Assembly (NCBI RefSeq): GCF_000737315.1
Contig: NZ_JMCB01000006.1
Span: forward strand, 206,001 to 268,000
DNA: 62,000 nt
Direction of reading: 5' to 3'
Source of the DNA: Hyalangium minutum
Lineage (GTDB): Bacteria; Myxococcota; Myxococcia; Myxococcales; Myxococcaceae
Under the pieces are notes generated by a model. That model was given only the letters and a program-made list of their open reading frames with translations. It did no database searches and was not told where the DNA came from. Below are positions 10,474 through 20,788 of the stretch, piece by piece; positions within the stretch are counted from its first letter, which is position 1; every line of letters begins with the position of its first letter. The position numbers were made by a program, and so were the translations under genes.

Positions 10474-10531
10474 CCGGTGCACCCGCGCCTAGCCTGCGGC
10501 GGCCATATGGAGGCGCTATGCTCCGCGCGCC

Positions 10532-11722
10532 ATGCCCTCTCCCTTCGCCGAGCACTTCCCCGCCCTGCGCTCGGGCTTCAGCTTCCTCGACAACGCCGCA
10601 GGCGCCCAGGTGCCCTCGCACACCATCGAGGCCATCACCCAGTTCCTCTCCCAGGGGAGCTGCAACGTGGGCCAGCCGTACCCAGCCTCCCGCGTTGCCA
10701 CGGAGATCAAAGCCCAGGCACGCGCTGCCACTGCGGACTTCCTCCACTGCAAGCCCGAGGAGGTCATGCTCGGCACCAGCGCCACCGCGCTCACCTTCCA
10801 GCTCGCCCGCGCCTTCTCGCGCATCTTCCAGCCGGGCGATGAGATTGTCGTCTCCGAGCTCGAGCACGAGTCCAACGCCAGCCCGTGGCGCTCGCTCGAG
10901 GCGCAAGGTGTCCACATCAAGGTGTGGAAGGCCCGCTGGCCCGCGGGGCAGCTGGAGCCCTCCCAGCTCCGCTCGCTGCTCACGCCACGCACGCGGCTCA
11001 TTGCCGTGACGGCCGCTTCCAACTCGGTGGGAAGCACTCCGGAGCTCGCCGCTGTCTCGGAGCTGGCTCGAACCGTGGGCGCCTGGGTCATCGTGGATGC
11101 CGTGCACTCCAGCCCTCACCACCTGCCAGACGTGCAGCGCTGGGGCGCGGACTTCGCCGTGTTCTCGCCCTATAAGGTCTTCGGCCCCCACCTCGGGTGC
11201 ATGTACGTGCGCCAGGAGCTGCTGCCCAGGCTGCCAGCGGATCGGCTGTGGTTCATCCCGGAGGACAGCCCTCAGAAGTTCGAGCCCGGCACCGCCAACC
11301 ACGAGGGCCTCGCAGGCTGGCTCGGCACGTTGCGCTACGTGAGAGAAGTGCTCGGGGACGGAAGTACCGGACGCCAGGGCCTGGAACAAGCCTGGCGCCG
11401 CATCGAATCCCTCGAGCGCCCCCTGCTCGAGAACGCCCTGGAGCGCCTGCTGCGTCATCCCCGCGTGACGCTCTATGGTCCCCCCGAACCCCAGGGCCGC
11501 GTGGCCACCTTCTGCTTCAACGTGCCGGGCCTCTCTCCCCGGGCCGTAGCCGAGCACCTCGCCCAGAACGGCGTGGCCGTGGCGGCGGGCCACTACTACG
11601 CCACCCTGGCCGCGCAGGCGCTCGGCATCATGCCCGAGGGAGCAGTGCGGGCCTCTCTGCTCCACTACAACACCCTCGAGGACATCGACCGTCTCCTCGC
11701 AGCCCTGGATACTCTCCCGTAG
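10532..11722 (+). CDS. Cysteine desulfurase-like aminotransferase class V (TIGR01976-type)
   Basis: FLDNAAGAQVP, LEHESN, VDAVH, FSPYKVFGPH (PLP lysine), EPGT; lacks the C-terminal catalytic Cys (AAGHYYA). Confidence 0.85.
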   Translation: MPSPFAEHFPALRSGFSFLDNAAGAQVPSHTIEAITQFLSQGSCNVGQPYPASRVATEIKAQARAATADFLHCKPEEVMLGTSATALTFQLARAFSRIFQPGDEIVVSELEHESNASPWRSLEAQGVHIKVWKARWPAGQLEPSQLRSLLTPRTRLIAVTAASNSVGSTPELAAVSELARTVGAWVIVDAVHSSPHHLPDVQRWGADFAVFSPYKVFGPHLGCMYVRQELLPRLPADRLWFIPEDSPQKFEPGTANHEGLAGWLGTLRYVREVLGDGSTGRQGLEQAWRRIESLERPLLENALERLLRHPRVTLYGPPEPQGRVATFCFNVPGLSPRAVAEHLAQNGVAVAAGHYYATLAAQALGIMPEGAVRASLLHYNTLEDIDRLLAALDTLP

Positions 11723-11809
11723 ACACCTGCTTCCAGAAACGAGGCAGGCACTTGGACTCCTGTTTGGGCAGCATGAACTCTCTGCCCCCAAGAGCCGGTT
11801 GTGGGTGGC

Positions 11810-13507
11810 ATGCGTTTCTTCTCCGCCTCCCTGCTCTCTGTGCTCGTCGCGGGCACTGTCTCCGCCGCGCCCGCGGTCTGGACTGAAGGCCCGCTCCTCA
11901 AAGTGGGTCCCTCGACACCGGCCCAGAACCTCGCGCCCGCTCGCCTCTTGGCGGCTCGCAACGAGTTCGAGTCCTTCCAGATCGTCATCCGCGGGGAGGC
12001 CCCCGTCTCCGGCGTTCGCGCGAAGGTCGGCGAACTGACTGGCCCCCATGGCGCGAAGATCCCTCAGTCGAATGTGCGCCTCTACCGCGAGGCGCTCATC
12101 AACGTCACCACGCCATCGGGCGCGATCGGCGCCAAGGGGCGCTTTCCGGATGGCCTCATCCCAGATGTGGACGAGGTGGACGGCCAGATGCGCTCCGCTT
12201 TCCCCTTCGATATTCCCGCGGGTGAGGCGCACGCCCTCTGGGTGGATGTCCTCGTGCCCCTGGATGCACCGGCCGGCCTCTACACCGGCACCCTCCAGGT
12301 CTCCGCGGACGGGCTCGACACCCAGGTCCCCGTGGAGCTCGAGGTCCTCGGCTTCACCCTGCCCTCCACCCCAACGCTCTCGACGGCCTTCCGCGCCTGG
12401 CCCGCGTTCGTCTGCCTCGCTCACACGGGCACGGCCGACTGCGGGAGCCCCGAGACGGCCATCGAGCTGCTCTCGAAGTACGCGCGGCTTGCGCTCGATC
12501 ACCGCATCTCGCTCTCGAACCTCTTCGTCCTGCGCCGCGATCCCCAAGACACCGGAGTGGTGCTCGGCAAGAACGGCGAGGACTGGTCGGGCTTCGATAC
12601 GGCTTTCAGCCCGCTCCTGAACGGCACCGCGGCGACACAGCTCACCGGCGCGAAGCTCACCGCTGTCGAGTATGGCTGGGAACTCTCCCCCGAGGCGCTC
12701 GCGTCCTATGGCCAGCACGCCCGTGACAAGGGCTTTTTGGACCGCGTCTTCGACTACACCGCCGACGAGCCTCCTTATGGAAGCAAGTGGGAGGACATCG
12801 CGCCCCGGTCCGCCATCGTCCACGCCGCCGTCCCGGACATGCGCACGCTCGTCACCACGAACGTCAACGCCGCCACCGACAACAAGCTCGCGGACAGCCT
12901 CGACATCCTCGTGCCCGTCGTGAACCACATGGATGCACCCTTCGCCCCGTTCGCCGGCAATCAGCGGCCTCGCTACGAGGACTTCACCCGCCGGGGCGGA
13001 GAGCTCTGGCTGTACCAGAGCTGCATGAGCCACGGCTGCTCGTTCGGCGGCGCGGAGGAGGGCGCGTCCTGGCCGAGCTACATGGTCGATGTCTCCGCGC
13101 CTCGCAACCGCGCCATGCAGTGGGTCGACTTCGCGTACGGCGCGACGGGCGAGCTCTATTACGAGACCGTGCTCGCCTATGACCGTGACCCGTGGGCGGA
13201 CCAGTTCACCTTCAGCGGCAACGGCGATGGCACGCTGCTCTACCCCGGCAAGCCTTCGAAGATCGGCGGCAGCTCCGAGGTCCCCGTGCCCTCGCTGCGG
13301 CTCAAGCACATCCGCGACGGCATCGAGGACTACGAGTACCTGACCCTGCTGGCGAAGCTGGGGGACCGGGCGCTCGCGGAGAAGCTCGCGCGAGAGGTCG
13401 TCCCCACGGCCCACCGCATCAGCGAGAACCCGAACGTCATCCTCGAGGCGCGCCGCACCGCAGGCCGCCGGATCGCGGAGCTCAGCGCCCAGGCCGCTCC
13501 GGGCTGA
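11810..13507 (+). CDS. Secreted DUF4091 / glycoside hydrolase family 123-like protein
   Basis: Signal peptide; AARNEFESFQ, YTADEP, GDGTLLYPG, SLRLKHIRDGIEDYEYL. Confidence 0.75.
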   Translation: MRFFSASLLSVLVAGTVSAAPAVWTEGPLLKVGPSTPAQNLAPARLLAARNEFESFQIVIRGEAPVSGVRAKVGELTGPHGAKIPQSNVRLYREALINVTTPSGAIGAKGRFPDGLIPDVDEVDGQMRSAFPFDIPAGEAHALWVDVLVPLDAPAGLYTGTLQVSADGLDTQVPVELEVLGFTLPSTPTLSTAFRAWPAFVCLAHTGTADCGSPETAIELLSKYARLALDHRISLSNLFVLRRDPQDTGVVLGKNGEDWSGFDTAFSPLLNGTAATQLTGAKLTAVEYGWELSPEALASYGQHARDKGFLDRVFDYTADEPPYGSKWEDIAPRSAIVHAAVPDMRTLVTTNVNAATDNKLADSLDILVPVVNHMDAPFAPFAGNQRPRYEDFTRRGGELWLYQSCMSHGCSFGGAEEGASWPSYMVDVSAPRNRAMQWVDFAYGATGELYYETVLAYDRDPWADQFTFSGNGDGTLLYPGKPSKIGGSSEVPVPSLRLKHIRDGIEDYEYLTLLAKLGDRALAEKLAREVVPTAHRISENPNVILEARRTAGRRIAELSAQAAPG

Positions 13508-13632
13508 GGCCCGGACCTCATCTCGGCGGACTCAGCAGGGCATGGACGTGAATGTCTTCACCCGCGGTGCGAATCGGCACCTCTGGCAGAACGGATCCTT
13601 GTGTATCCTCGGGTCCTCTTCCGGAGCCTCCG

Positions 13633-16600
13633 ATGCCCACCACCCTTCGTCACTCCTTCTGTACCCTGACGTATGACTCCACCCACCGGCGCGAGGGCTT
13701 CGCGGACTGGGTGGTAGGCAATGCGTTCGCCTTCCACGCGGGCCAGGGTCCGGGGCCGCAGGTGCTCTTTCTCGGGAGCCCGGGCACGCTCGGCCAGGCG
13801 AGCAACCCGGTGAAGATCCAGCCGGAGGGGCTCGGCTTTCCTCCGCTCGTCGCGGTGATCACCGACAAGATGCTGTACCGCGAGGGCGACGACACCGTGC
13901 GCATCGTGGTGTACGCGCCCCGAGCCAGCGGCGCGGTGCAGCTCCGGCTCCTGCTCAACGGCTCGGAGCTGGCGAAGGTCCAGGTGGACGTGGACGAGAA
14001 CGGCCTGGGCCTGTTCGAGCTGAGGGATCCTGTCGCGGGCTCCTACTCCGTGGAGCAGGAAGCGGCGAAGGCCTCGTTCACCGTCGCGGCCTACAAGCTG
14101 GCGCCCCTCACCGGGCGGCTGGATCAGGTGCGCATCGAGGGCGGCAAGGGCGCGGAGACGCTGCACTTCACCGCGGTGCTGGAGACCTATGGAGCACCGC
14201 TCACGGGCTCGGTGAAGGTGACCCTCGTCGACATGGGCAGCCACCCGCCGGTTCATCGGACGTCTCTCACGCTGGAGGCCGATTCCGCCGGACGGCTCGA
14301 GGGCTCGGTCGCGCTCTCGGGTGCGGGCCCTTTCGCGCTGCAGGTGCAGGCCACGCGGGATGCGATGAAGACGGCCACCCTGCCCCTCCCCGGCTCGCGC
14401 CAGGAGGAGCGCGAGGAGGTGGTGCTCTCCGCGTGGGGCACTCGCACCGTGGCGCGCTTGGTGCCCTTCGAGGGCGCGCATGAGCGGCGAGGGCTGTGGA
14501 TCGGCTCCGGCGGCGAGAGCAAGGGCGCGCCCCTTCAGCTCGTGGAGGAGAACGGCAAGGCGCGGGTGCGCTTCCGGGCGGACATCGATGCGTGGCGCAT
14601 CGTCGTGATGGATGTGCACCGGGGCTCGGTCCAGGAGCTGTCCGGCGGGGCCACCGAGGCGGGCACTTCGCTGGATCTCCCCCTGGCCGGAACGTGGACG
14701 CTGGTGCTCGCAGGGCTCGCCTATCTGGGCCAGCGCTGGGAGGGCCGGGCCGCGCTCGTGGTCCCCGGCAAGCAGGTCCAGGTGCAGGCCCCGAAGACCG
14801 CGGGCCCGGGTGAAGAGGTGGACATCACCCTCCGAGGCACTCCGGGCGCCAGCGCCTTCGTGCTCGTCAAGGATCTGCGGCTGCAGGTGGCGGACACGCC
14901 TCAGTCCGCGACCGCCGCCTCCCTGCGCCGGCAGCTCGAGCATGCGCTCAAGGGCGTCAGCGATGGTCCAGTTCAGCGGACCCTCGATGCGCTGATCCCG
15001 CATCCTCCCCCACCGATGCCTCCCATGATGCCGGCCATGCCGATGATGGCCGTGCCCGCCCCCGCCCCCGGAGGTGCAGTGGTCCGGCGAGCTGGCGGCA
15101 TGCCACCCTCTCGGGCGCTGAGGGAAGAGAGGGCCACCGGCTCTCACCAAGCCCTCAGCAAGCAGGGAGGAGCCCCCGCGGCGGAAGCCGCCGCACCGGA
15201 CGAGAAGCCCGCGGAGGGACCCTCTCGGAGCTCATTCCCGGACGTGATGCTGGCGCGCGTCGTGCGGCTGGATGCGGAGGGCAAGGCAATCGTCCCGGTG
15301 AAGCTCGGCGACGGCATGGGCTCGCTGGCCGTGGAGGTCTTCTCGGTGACGCGCGAGGACTGGGCGGTGGCCCGCGCGGAGTTGCTGGTGACGAAGCCTG
15401 TCTTCGGAGAGCTGGTGCTGCCACGCTTCGTAGCGGCCGGAGACCACGCCGAGGGCGTGCTGCACGTCCGCGTGGCCTCAGGCGAGGCCACCGTCACCCT
15501 CCGGCGCGAGGGCAAGCCCGTGCGCCTGTTCTGCACCAATGAGAGCGGCGAGCAGCTGACCCTCACGGCACCAGGACAGGTGGTGCGCTTCGCCGCTCAG
15601 GCCGGCCGCTACCAGGCCGAGGTCCGCGGCGAGTCGCTCGTGGATCGCGCCGAGGGCAAGGTGGAGGAGCCCGGCAAGCTGGTCTGGCTGCAGCAGGCGC
15701 TGCGGATGCTGTCACCCGGCGAGCGCGTGGACCTGGAGCAGGAGCCGGGAGGCCTGGCGCTCAAGGTGCTGCCCTCGATCGACAAGACCTTCGATCGGAT
15801 GGTGGGCGGCCTTCGCTCTTACGCGCACTGCTGCTGTGAGCAGACGAGCGCCGTGCTGCTGGCGGCCACTGCCGCGTGGCTGACGGCGAAGGATGAGGAC
15901 ACGAAGCGCTCGGCGGCGGCGCACATGCGCGCGTGCATCGCCCGCGAGGAGTCCATGTACCTGCCGGGCAAGGGCTTCAAGGGCTGGCCCGAGTATCCGC
16001 CCGAGGTGTTCACGTACTCGCCCGGCGCCACGCTCAACCTGCTGCAGATGGACATGGTGAAGGCGTTCCCCATGGACAAGGAGCTGGCGAAGTCCGTGGA
16101 CCGCTGCCTGGAGATGGCCCGGGATGCGGCGAAGGCCCACGGGATTGATCCGGCCCCGCCGTCGCCCAAGTCCGCCCGGGAGGCCTACGGCCGCTTCTCG
16201 AAGTTCACCCAGGACCGCGAGAAGATGGCCGCCTTCATCCGCGAGCGCATCGAGCCGTGGGAGAAGCAGCTCAAGGCCATCCTCAAGTTCGAGTTGCCGG
16301 CCCTGCGCACGGAGAGCTACCACCACACCCCGGCGATGATCCGGGCGGAGACGGCCTTCGGGGCGGCGGCGCTGATCGAGGCCGGCGGAGAGCACCTGCC
16401 TCACGGACTCGCCCTGGCCAACACCGTTCTGGGGGCAGTCCAGGAGAACGGCAGCCTCTACTCCACGCTGGACTCGGTGGCGGCCATCACGCTGCTGGCG
16501 GCGCTGCGCAATGCCCGCATCGCCGTCGGGCCCGAGGGGAAGATCCGCGTGGATGGGCAGGACACGACGCTGGCCCAGGCAGTGACTCGCACGGGGCTCC

Positions 16601-17094
16601 GCCAGGTGGAGGCCGTGGAGGGCAGCGTGCAGGTGCAGGTGGATCGCATCGTCGAGGAGGACTACACGGCGATCAACGAGGGCGTGAAGGCCCACGTCGC
16701 GCTGATGCGCAGCGGCCGCGCGGCGGGCGTGCTGGCGCCGGGAGACTCGGTGGACCTGGTCATCACGCTGGAGAGTGGGTACCAGGCGGGAGACCTCGTG
16801 CACGTGTTCCTGCCGGATGCACTCTCGTGGGTGCATGGAGGCGGACAGGTGAAGCGCTTCTCACTGGACCTCGTGGGCCAGAACGAGATCCGCGTCCCGC
16901 TGGCCGCCACGGGTTTGACGCTGGATGCCAGCGGAGGCCCCGGCCGCCAGCGCTTCGCGGTGGCCGTGCGCAACATGTACGACGAGAAGCGGGGCAAGGG
17001 CTTCGGAGACCTCGAGGTGTCCGTCCACAAGACCGCCGGGCCCGGTGGATTGGCCCAGCGCGTCCTGAAGGGGCTCAAGGACCTGGTCGGCTGA
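13633..17094 (+). CDS. Alpha-2-macroglobulin-like thioester protein without signal peptide
   Basis: ITDKMLYREGDDTVR (MG2), FPDVML...G.A.VPVKLGD, HCCCEQTS thioester motif (15829-15843), Pro/Met-rich bait-like segment. Confidence 0.75.
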   Translation: MPTTLRHSFCTLTYDSTHRREGFADWVVGNAFAFHAGQGPGPQVLFLGSPGTLGQASNPVKIQPEGLGFPPLVAVITDKMLYREGDDTVRIVVYAPRASGAVQLRLLLNGSELAKVQVDVDENGLGLFELRDPVAGSYSVEQEAAKASFTVAAYKLAPLTGRLDQVRIEGGKGAETLHFTAVLETYGAPLTGSVKVTLVDMGSHPPVHRTSLTLEADSAGRLEGSVALSGAGPFALQVQATRDAMKTATLPLPGSRQEEREEVVLSAWGTRTVARLVPFEGAHERRGLWIGSGGESKGAPLQLVEENGKARVRFRADIDAWRIVVMDVHRGSVQELSGGATEAGTSLDLPLAGTWTLVLAGLAYLGQRWEGRAALVVPGKQVQVQAPKTAGPGEEVDITLRGTPGASAFVLVKDLRLQVADTPQSATAASLRRQLEHALKGVSDGPVQRTLDALIPHPPPPMPPMMPAMPMMAVPAPAPGGAVVRRAGGMPPSRALREERATGSHQALSKQGGAPAAEAAAPDEKPAEGPSRSSFPDVMLARVVRLDAEGKAIVPVKLGDGMGSLAVEVFSVTREDWAVARAELLVTKPVFGELVLPRFVAAGDHAEGVLHVRVASGEATVTLRREGKPVRLFCTNESGEQLTLTAPGQVVRFAAQAGRYQAEVRGESLVDRAEGKVEEPGKLVWLQQALRMLSPGERVDLEQEPGGLALKVLPSIDKTFDRMVGGLRSYAHCCCEQTSAVLLAATAAWLTAKDEDTKRSAAAHMRACIAREESMYLPGKGFKGWPEYPPEVFTYSPGATLNLLQMDMVKAFPMDKELAKSVDRCLEMARDAAKAHGIDPAPPSPKSAREAYGRFSKFTQDREKMAAFIRERIEPWEKQLKAILKFELPALRTESYHHTPAMIRAETAFGAAALIEAGGEHLPHGLALANTVLGAVQENGSLYSTLDSVAAITLLAALRNARIAVGPEGKIRVDGQDTTLAQAVTRTGLRQVEAVEGSVQVQVDRIVEEDYTAINEGVKAHVALMRSGRAAGVLAPGDSVDLVITLESGYQAGDLVHVFLPDALSWVHGGGQVKRFSLDLVGQNEIRVPLAATGLTLDASGGPGRQRFAVAVRNMYDEKRGKGFGDLEVSVHKTAGPGGLAQRVLKGLKDLVG

Positions 17095-17111
17095 CCTGAC
17101 ACCAACGCCTC

Positions 17112-18104
17112 GTGGACAACCTCACGCACGGATTGCTGGGCCTCGCGGTAGGCGCGCTGCGCCGGCCTGACGCCGCAGGAGGCCCTCTGTCCGCCACGGA
17201 CAAGGCCGTGCTGCTGGGGTGCGCGCTGGCCGCCGAGCTGCCGGATCTGGACAACCTGCTGCCCTCGGAGAACTCGGTGGTGCACGCGCTCCAGGCGCAC
17301 CGCGGGCTCTCGCACGCGCTGGTGTTCACCCCGGTGGTGGCGTTGGCCGCGACGGCGGTGGCGAAGGCGGTCTTCCGCACAGCGCGCGTGGGGCCGGTGT
17401 TCCTCTTCAGCCTGATCTCGGTCTGCCTGGCGCACCTGTTGGCGGACCTGTGGACAGGCTGGGGCACGCGCGTGCTGCTGCCCTTCTCGGATCGGCGGTG
17501 GACGCTGGACTGGACGATGGTGGTGGATCCGTGGGTGACGCTGCCACTGCTCGTGGGCGCGGTCTGGGCCTGGCGCCGCAGGACCGTGTGGCGGCGAGCA
17601 CTGCTCGTGGGAGCGGCGCTCTCGGTGGCGTACCTGGGGCTGCGCGTCGCACTTCAGAACGTGCTGAGCGGGCGTGTCCGAGAGGCCTTGCCCGCCGCGG
17701 AGCGAGTGCAGGTGTTCCCCGCGTGGCTGTCGCTCACGACCTGGCGCTACGTGGCCCTGCTGCCGGATGAGTACGTGGTTGGCACGGCCTCCCTGGGCAG
17801 AGCGCCCATCGAGGAGCGGAGGTGGCCCCGGCCCGTCCCTGACGCACTGCCGGAGTCCGTGAGGAACATCCCCACCGTGCGCGAGGCGCTCGCCTGGGCG
17901 CGCTTTCCCCTCGTTTCACAGGTTCCCCGCCCTGACGGAGCCTCCGAGATCCGCATCGGCGATCTGCGCTACCACCTGAACGGCGAGCCGACGCTCCAGT
18001 TCATTCTGGAGCTCAATCCGGAGGGAGCCCTGCGCGCCGCCCGCCTGGAGCGAGGCGGGAGCGCGGCGGAGTTGCTGCGGCGGTGGCGAGGCCAAGACCG
18101 CTGA
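17112..18104 (+). CDS. YdjM-like membrane-bound metal-dependent hydrolase
   Basis: MDNLTHGL, ELPDLD, HRGLSHAL, HLLADLWTGWG. Confidence 0.85.
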   Translation: MDNLTHGLLGLAVGALRRPDAAGGPLSATDKAVLLGCALAAELPDLDNLLPSENSVVHALQAHRGLSHALVFTPVVALAATAVAKAVFRTARVGPVFLFSLISVCLAHLLADLWTGWGTRVLLPFSDRRWTLDWTMVVDPWVTLPLLVGAVWAWRRRTVWRRALLVGAALSVAYLGLRVALQNVLSGRVREALPAAERVQVFPAWLSLTTWRYVALLPDEYVVGTASLGRAPIEERRWPRPVPDALPESVRNIPTVREALAWARFPLVSQVPRPDGASEIRIGDLRYHLNGEPTLQFILELNPEGALRAARLERGGSAAELLRRWRGQDR

Positions 18105-18143
18105 GCGATGCGCTCCGCTCAGACCTGAGGTACCGCTGGCGCC

Positions 18144-20615
18144 TCAGGCCTCCTTGGCCGGAGCGGTGGGGCCGTGCTTGCGCCGCCAGCGCTCCACCAG
18201 CAGCAGCAGCGAAGGGAAGCCCAGCAGCACGATGAGAATGTTCACGCCGAACCCCAGGTTCGCCACGTTGCCGATCGAGTTGAGCCCCGGGTGCTGAGCA
18301 ATGGCCAACGCCAGGAAGCCGATGGCGCTCGTCAGCAGACCGCCCGTGATGGCCCGGCCCGTCTCCGCGTACACGGAGATGAAGTCACTGTCCGGCTCGG
18401 ACAACCGTTGGATGAGGTGCACGCCCGCGTCCACTGTCGTGCCCACCAGCACCGGCAGCACCACCAGGTTCAGGTAGTTGAACTGAATGCCCAGGATGGC
18501 CATCAGCCCCACCAGCCCCGCCACCGACAACAGCGTGGGCAACATGCAGATCAGCGCCGTGCGCAGCTTGCCCAACGTCACCCACATGGCCACCAGCACC
18601 GAGAGCACCGCCGCCGCCAGAATGCGCGGCCCCTCCTGCGCCACCATGTCCAGGATGTCCGCCACGATCAGCGCCTCGCCCGCCGCCGACACCTGCGAGC
18701 CGTCCGGCAGCTTCATCCCGCGCACCTCCTTGGTGAAGCGCCGCGTCCCGTAGCCATCCGCCAGGTTGATGGATGCGTACACCAGCACCACGCCGCTCCG
18801 GTTCCCATCCAGCCCCTCCAGCTCGTGCCGCATCGCCTCGGGCAGGTCCTTCTGACCGAAGGTCTGCGCCTGCGTCATCTTCAGGTACGTGGGCCAGTGA
18901 GCCTGCACGTCCTTGGGCAGCCGCTCCGGATCCAGCTTCGCCAGCTTGTCGTGGATGGCGTGCAGGACCGCCGCCTTCTCCTCCTGCTTGTCCGGCACCA
19001 GGTCCTCCTGCGAGCGGACGAAGTCGATGGTGGAGTCCTTGCCCTTCTGCGCCTTGCGCTCCTTGAGCTGGCGCACCACCTCGCGCTCCATCGTCGGCGA
19101 GTCCGTGACGACCACCACCGGAGACTGCGAGTGGCCCAGAATCTTGTCCATGCGCCGGTCCAGCCGCACGGACGGCAGCTCCATCGACTCCAGCTTGGAG
19201 CCGTCGTAGTTGAAGCTGACGTTCCACGCCTGGCTGATCAGCGCCACCAGCCCCACGCCCACCACGATGGCCACTCCGCGGTAGCTGCGCGGCAGCCACC
19301 GGGCCAGCATGGCCATCGGACCGGCCGAGCCCACGTGCTCGCGCGGCGTCCAGCCCCACTTCGCCGCCAGCCCCAGCAGCGCCGGGAGGATGAGCACGTA
19401 CGAGGCGATGCTCACCAGCATGCCCACCGCCGCGATGATGCCGAACTCGTGGAACGCGGCGAACTCGGAGATGGACAGGCTCAGGAACGTGAGCGCCGCC
19501 ACCACCGCGGAGATGAGCGCGGAGAAGCCCGTGTGACTGAAGGCCTCGCGCACCGCCTCCAGCGAGTCCTTCCCCTCCGAGCGCAGCGTCGTGTACCGCC
19601 CCAGGAGGTGGATGCCGTGCTCCACGCCCAGGCCGCCCAGCACCGCGCCCAGGAAGCCGGTGAGCAGGTTCACCTGCCCGTAGAACAGGCCCACGAAGCC
19701 GTATGTCCACGCCAGGCCTCCCAGCACCGGCAGCACCGCGAAGGCCACGCTCAGCACGCTGCGGAAGTGGAACCCCAGGTAGAGCAGCAGCAGCACCAGC
19801 GCGATGCTCGAGGCCTGCGCCAAGTCGTTGGTGATCAGCGCCTGGTGGTCAATCTTCTTCTTGAAGGTGCCCGACAAGGCCGTCTGGAAGCCGGGCCCAT
19901 ACTTGGACAAGTCCTGCTGCTTCAGGAACTCGTCCACTTGGGACACCACCTTCTTGGCGTAGCCCAGGTCGGCGCTGTTGCCCTTCGGCTTGAGCATCAG
20001 CACCACCATCTTCTCCTCCGGATCCAGGTAGTACGGATCCTTCGCCACCGCCTGCTCCTCGCTGCCGCGGCGCAGGAAGAGCTTCTGTTCCAGCTTGTGC
20101 TTGAAGTCCTCGAAGCCAATGGAGGGCGGAGGCGCATCCTCCAGCTCGACGAAGAGCGGGTTGGCCCGCTGCTTCTCCCAGGTGATGCGATCGTCGAGCT
20201 GCTTCTGGAGCCCTTGCAGGTCCTCCAGCTCCGCGTAGTACAGCACGCGCTCCTCGAAGAAGGCGTCCGAGCGCTTGTAGTTGACGTAGCGGACCTCGGA
20301 GAGCTGGCCCAGCTTGGGAGCCATGTCGTCGGCGAACTGCTTGAGCTTGTCAGCGTCCGCGTTCATGCCCACGACGACCAGGTAGCCCTGCCCGCCGAAG
20401 CGCTTCTTCAGCTTCTCCAGGTCCTGCACGCTGGGGAAGGACTTGGGCAGCAAGCCCACCAGGTCAGAGCTCAGGGAGAGCTTCCGCGCGAAGAAGCCGC
20501 CCACCACCACCAACAACGCCGCCAGGGCCAGCGCCTGCCAGGGCTTGCGATGGTTGCGCGCCGCCAGCGCGCCCATCAACTTCTCCATCCGCTGCCCCAA
20601 CCCGATCTCGCTCAT
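18144..20615 (-). CDS. MMPL/RND-superfamily lipid transporter
   Basis: Two TM blocks with large periplasmic loops; GGLGVEHGIHLLGRY and LVGTTVDAGVHL. Confidence 0.9.
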   Translation of the reverse strand: MSEIGLGQRMEKLMGALAARNHRKPWQALALAALLVVVGGFFARKLSLSSDLVGLLPKSFPSVQDLEKLKKRFGGQGYLVVVGMNADADKLKQFADDMAPKLGQLSEVRYVNYKRSDAFFEERVLYYAELEDLQGLQKQLDDRITWEKQRANPLFVELEDAPPPSIGFEDFKHKLEQKLFLRRGSEEQAVAKDPYYLDPEEKMVVLMLKPKGNSADLGYAKKVVSQVDEFLKQQDLSKYGPGFQTALSGTFKKKIDHQALITNDLAQASSIALVLLLLYLGFHFRSVLSVAFAVLPVLGGLAWTYGFVGLFYGQVNLLTGFLGAVLGGLGVEHGIHLLGRYTTLRSEGKDSLEAVREAFSHTGFSALISAVVAALTFLSLSISEFAAFHEFGIIAAVGMLVSIASYVLILPALLGLAAKWGWTPREHVGSAGPMAMLARWLPRSYRGVAIVVGVGLVALISQAWNVSFNYDGSKLESMELPSVRLDRRMDKILGHSQSPVVVVTDSPTMEREVVRQLKERKAQKGKDSTIDFVRSQEDLVPDKQEEKAAVLHAIHDKLAKLDPERLPKDVQAHWPTYLKMTQAQTFGQKDLPEAMRHELEGLDGNRSGVVLVYASINLADGYGTRRFTKEVRGMKLPDGSQVSAAGEALIVADILDMVAQEGPRILAAAVLSVLVAMWVTLGKLRTALICMLPTLLSVAGLVGLMAILGIQFNYLNLVVLPVLVGTTVDAGVHLIQRLSEPDSDFISVYAETGRAITGGLLTSAIGFLALAIAQHPGLNSIGNVANLGFGVNILIVLLGFPSLLLLVERWRRKHGPTAPAKEA

Positions 20616-20788
20616 GTGTGTCTGCTCTTCTGTCCGAAAGTCCGCGATTGCAGCCGCCCACCATGGCGAGGGCCCTGACCGGAGTCAATGAATCGCCGGG
20701 GGGCGGCCAGGCAGGCAGGGGGTGCTCAGGCACCCCGGGCCAAGTCCCCTGACAGACCCCCAAGAGACATGGTTTCTTCCCGGCCGCC

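Noticed and set aside
10532-11722. PLP enzyme as the serine palmitoyltransferase of the sphingolipid pathway
   Set aside because: Class V motifs, not the alpha-oxoamine synthase family; no SPT is visible in this window
18101-18148. Two short hairpins between convergent genes
   Set aside because: Only 7-bp stems with no U-tract; not enough for a terminator or REP call
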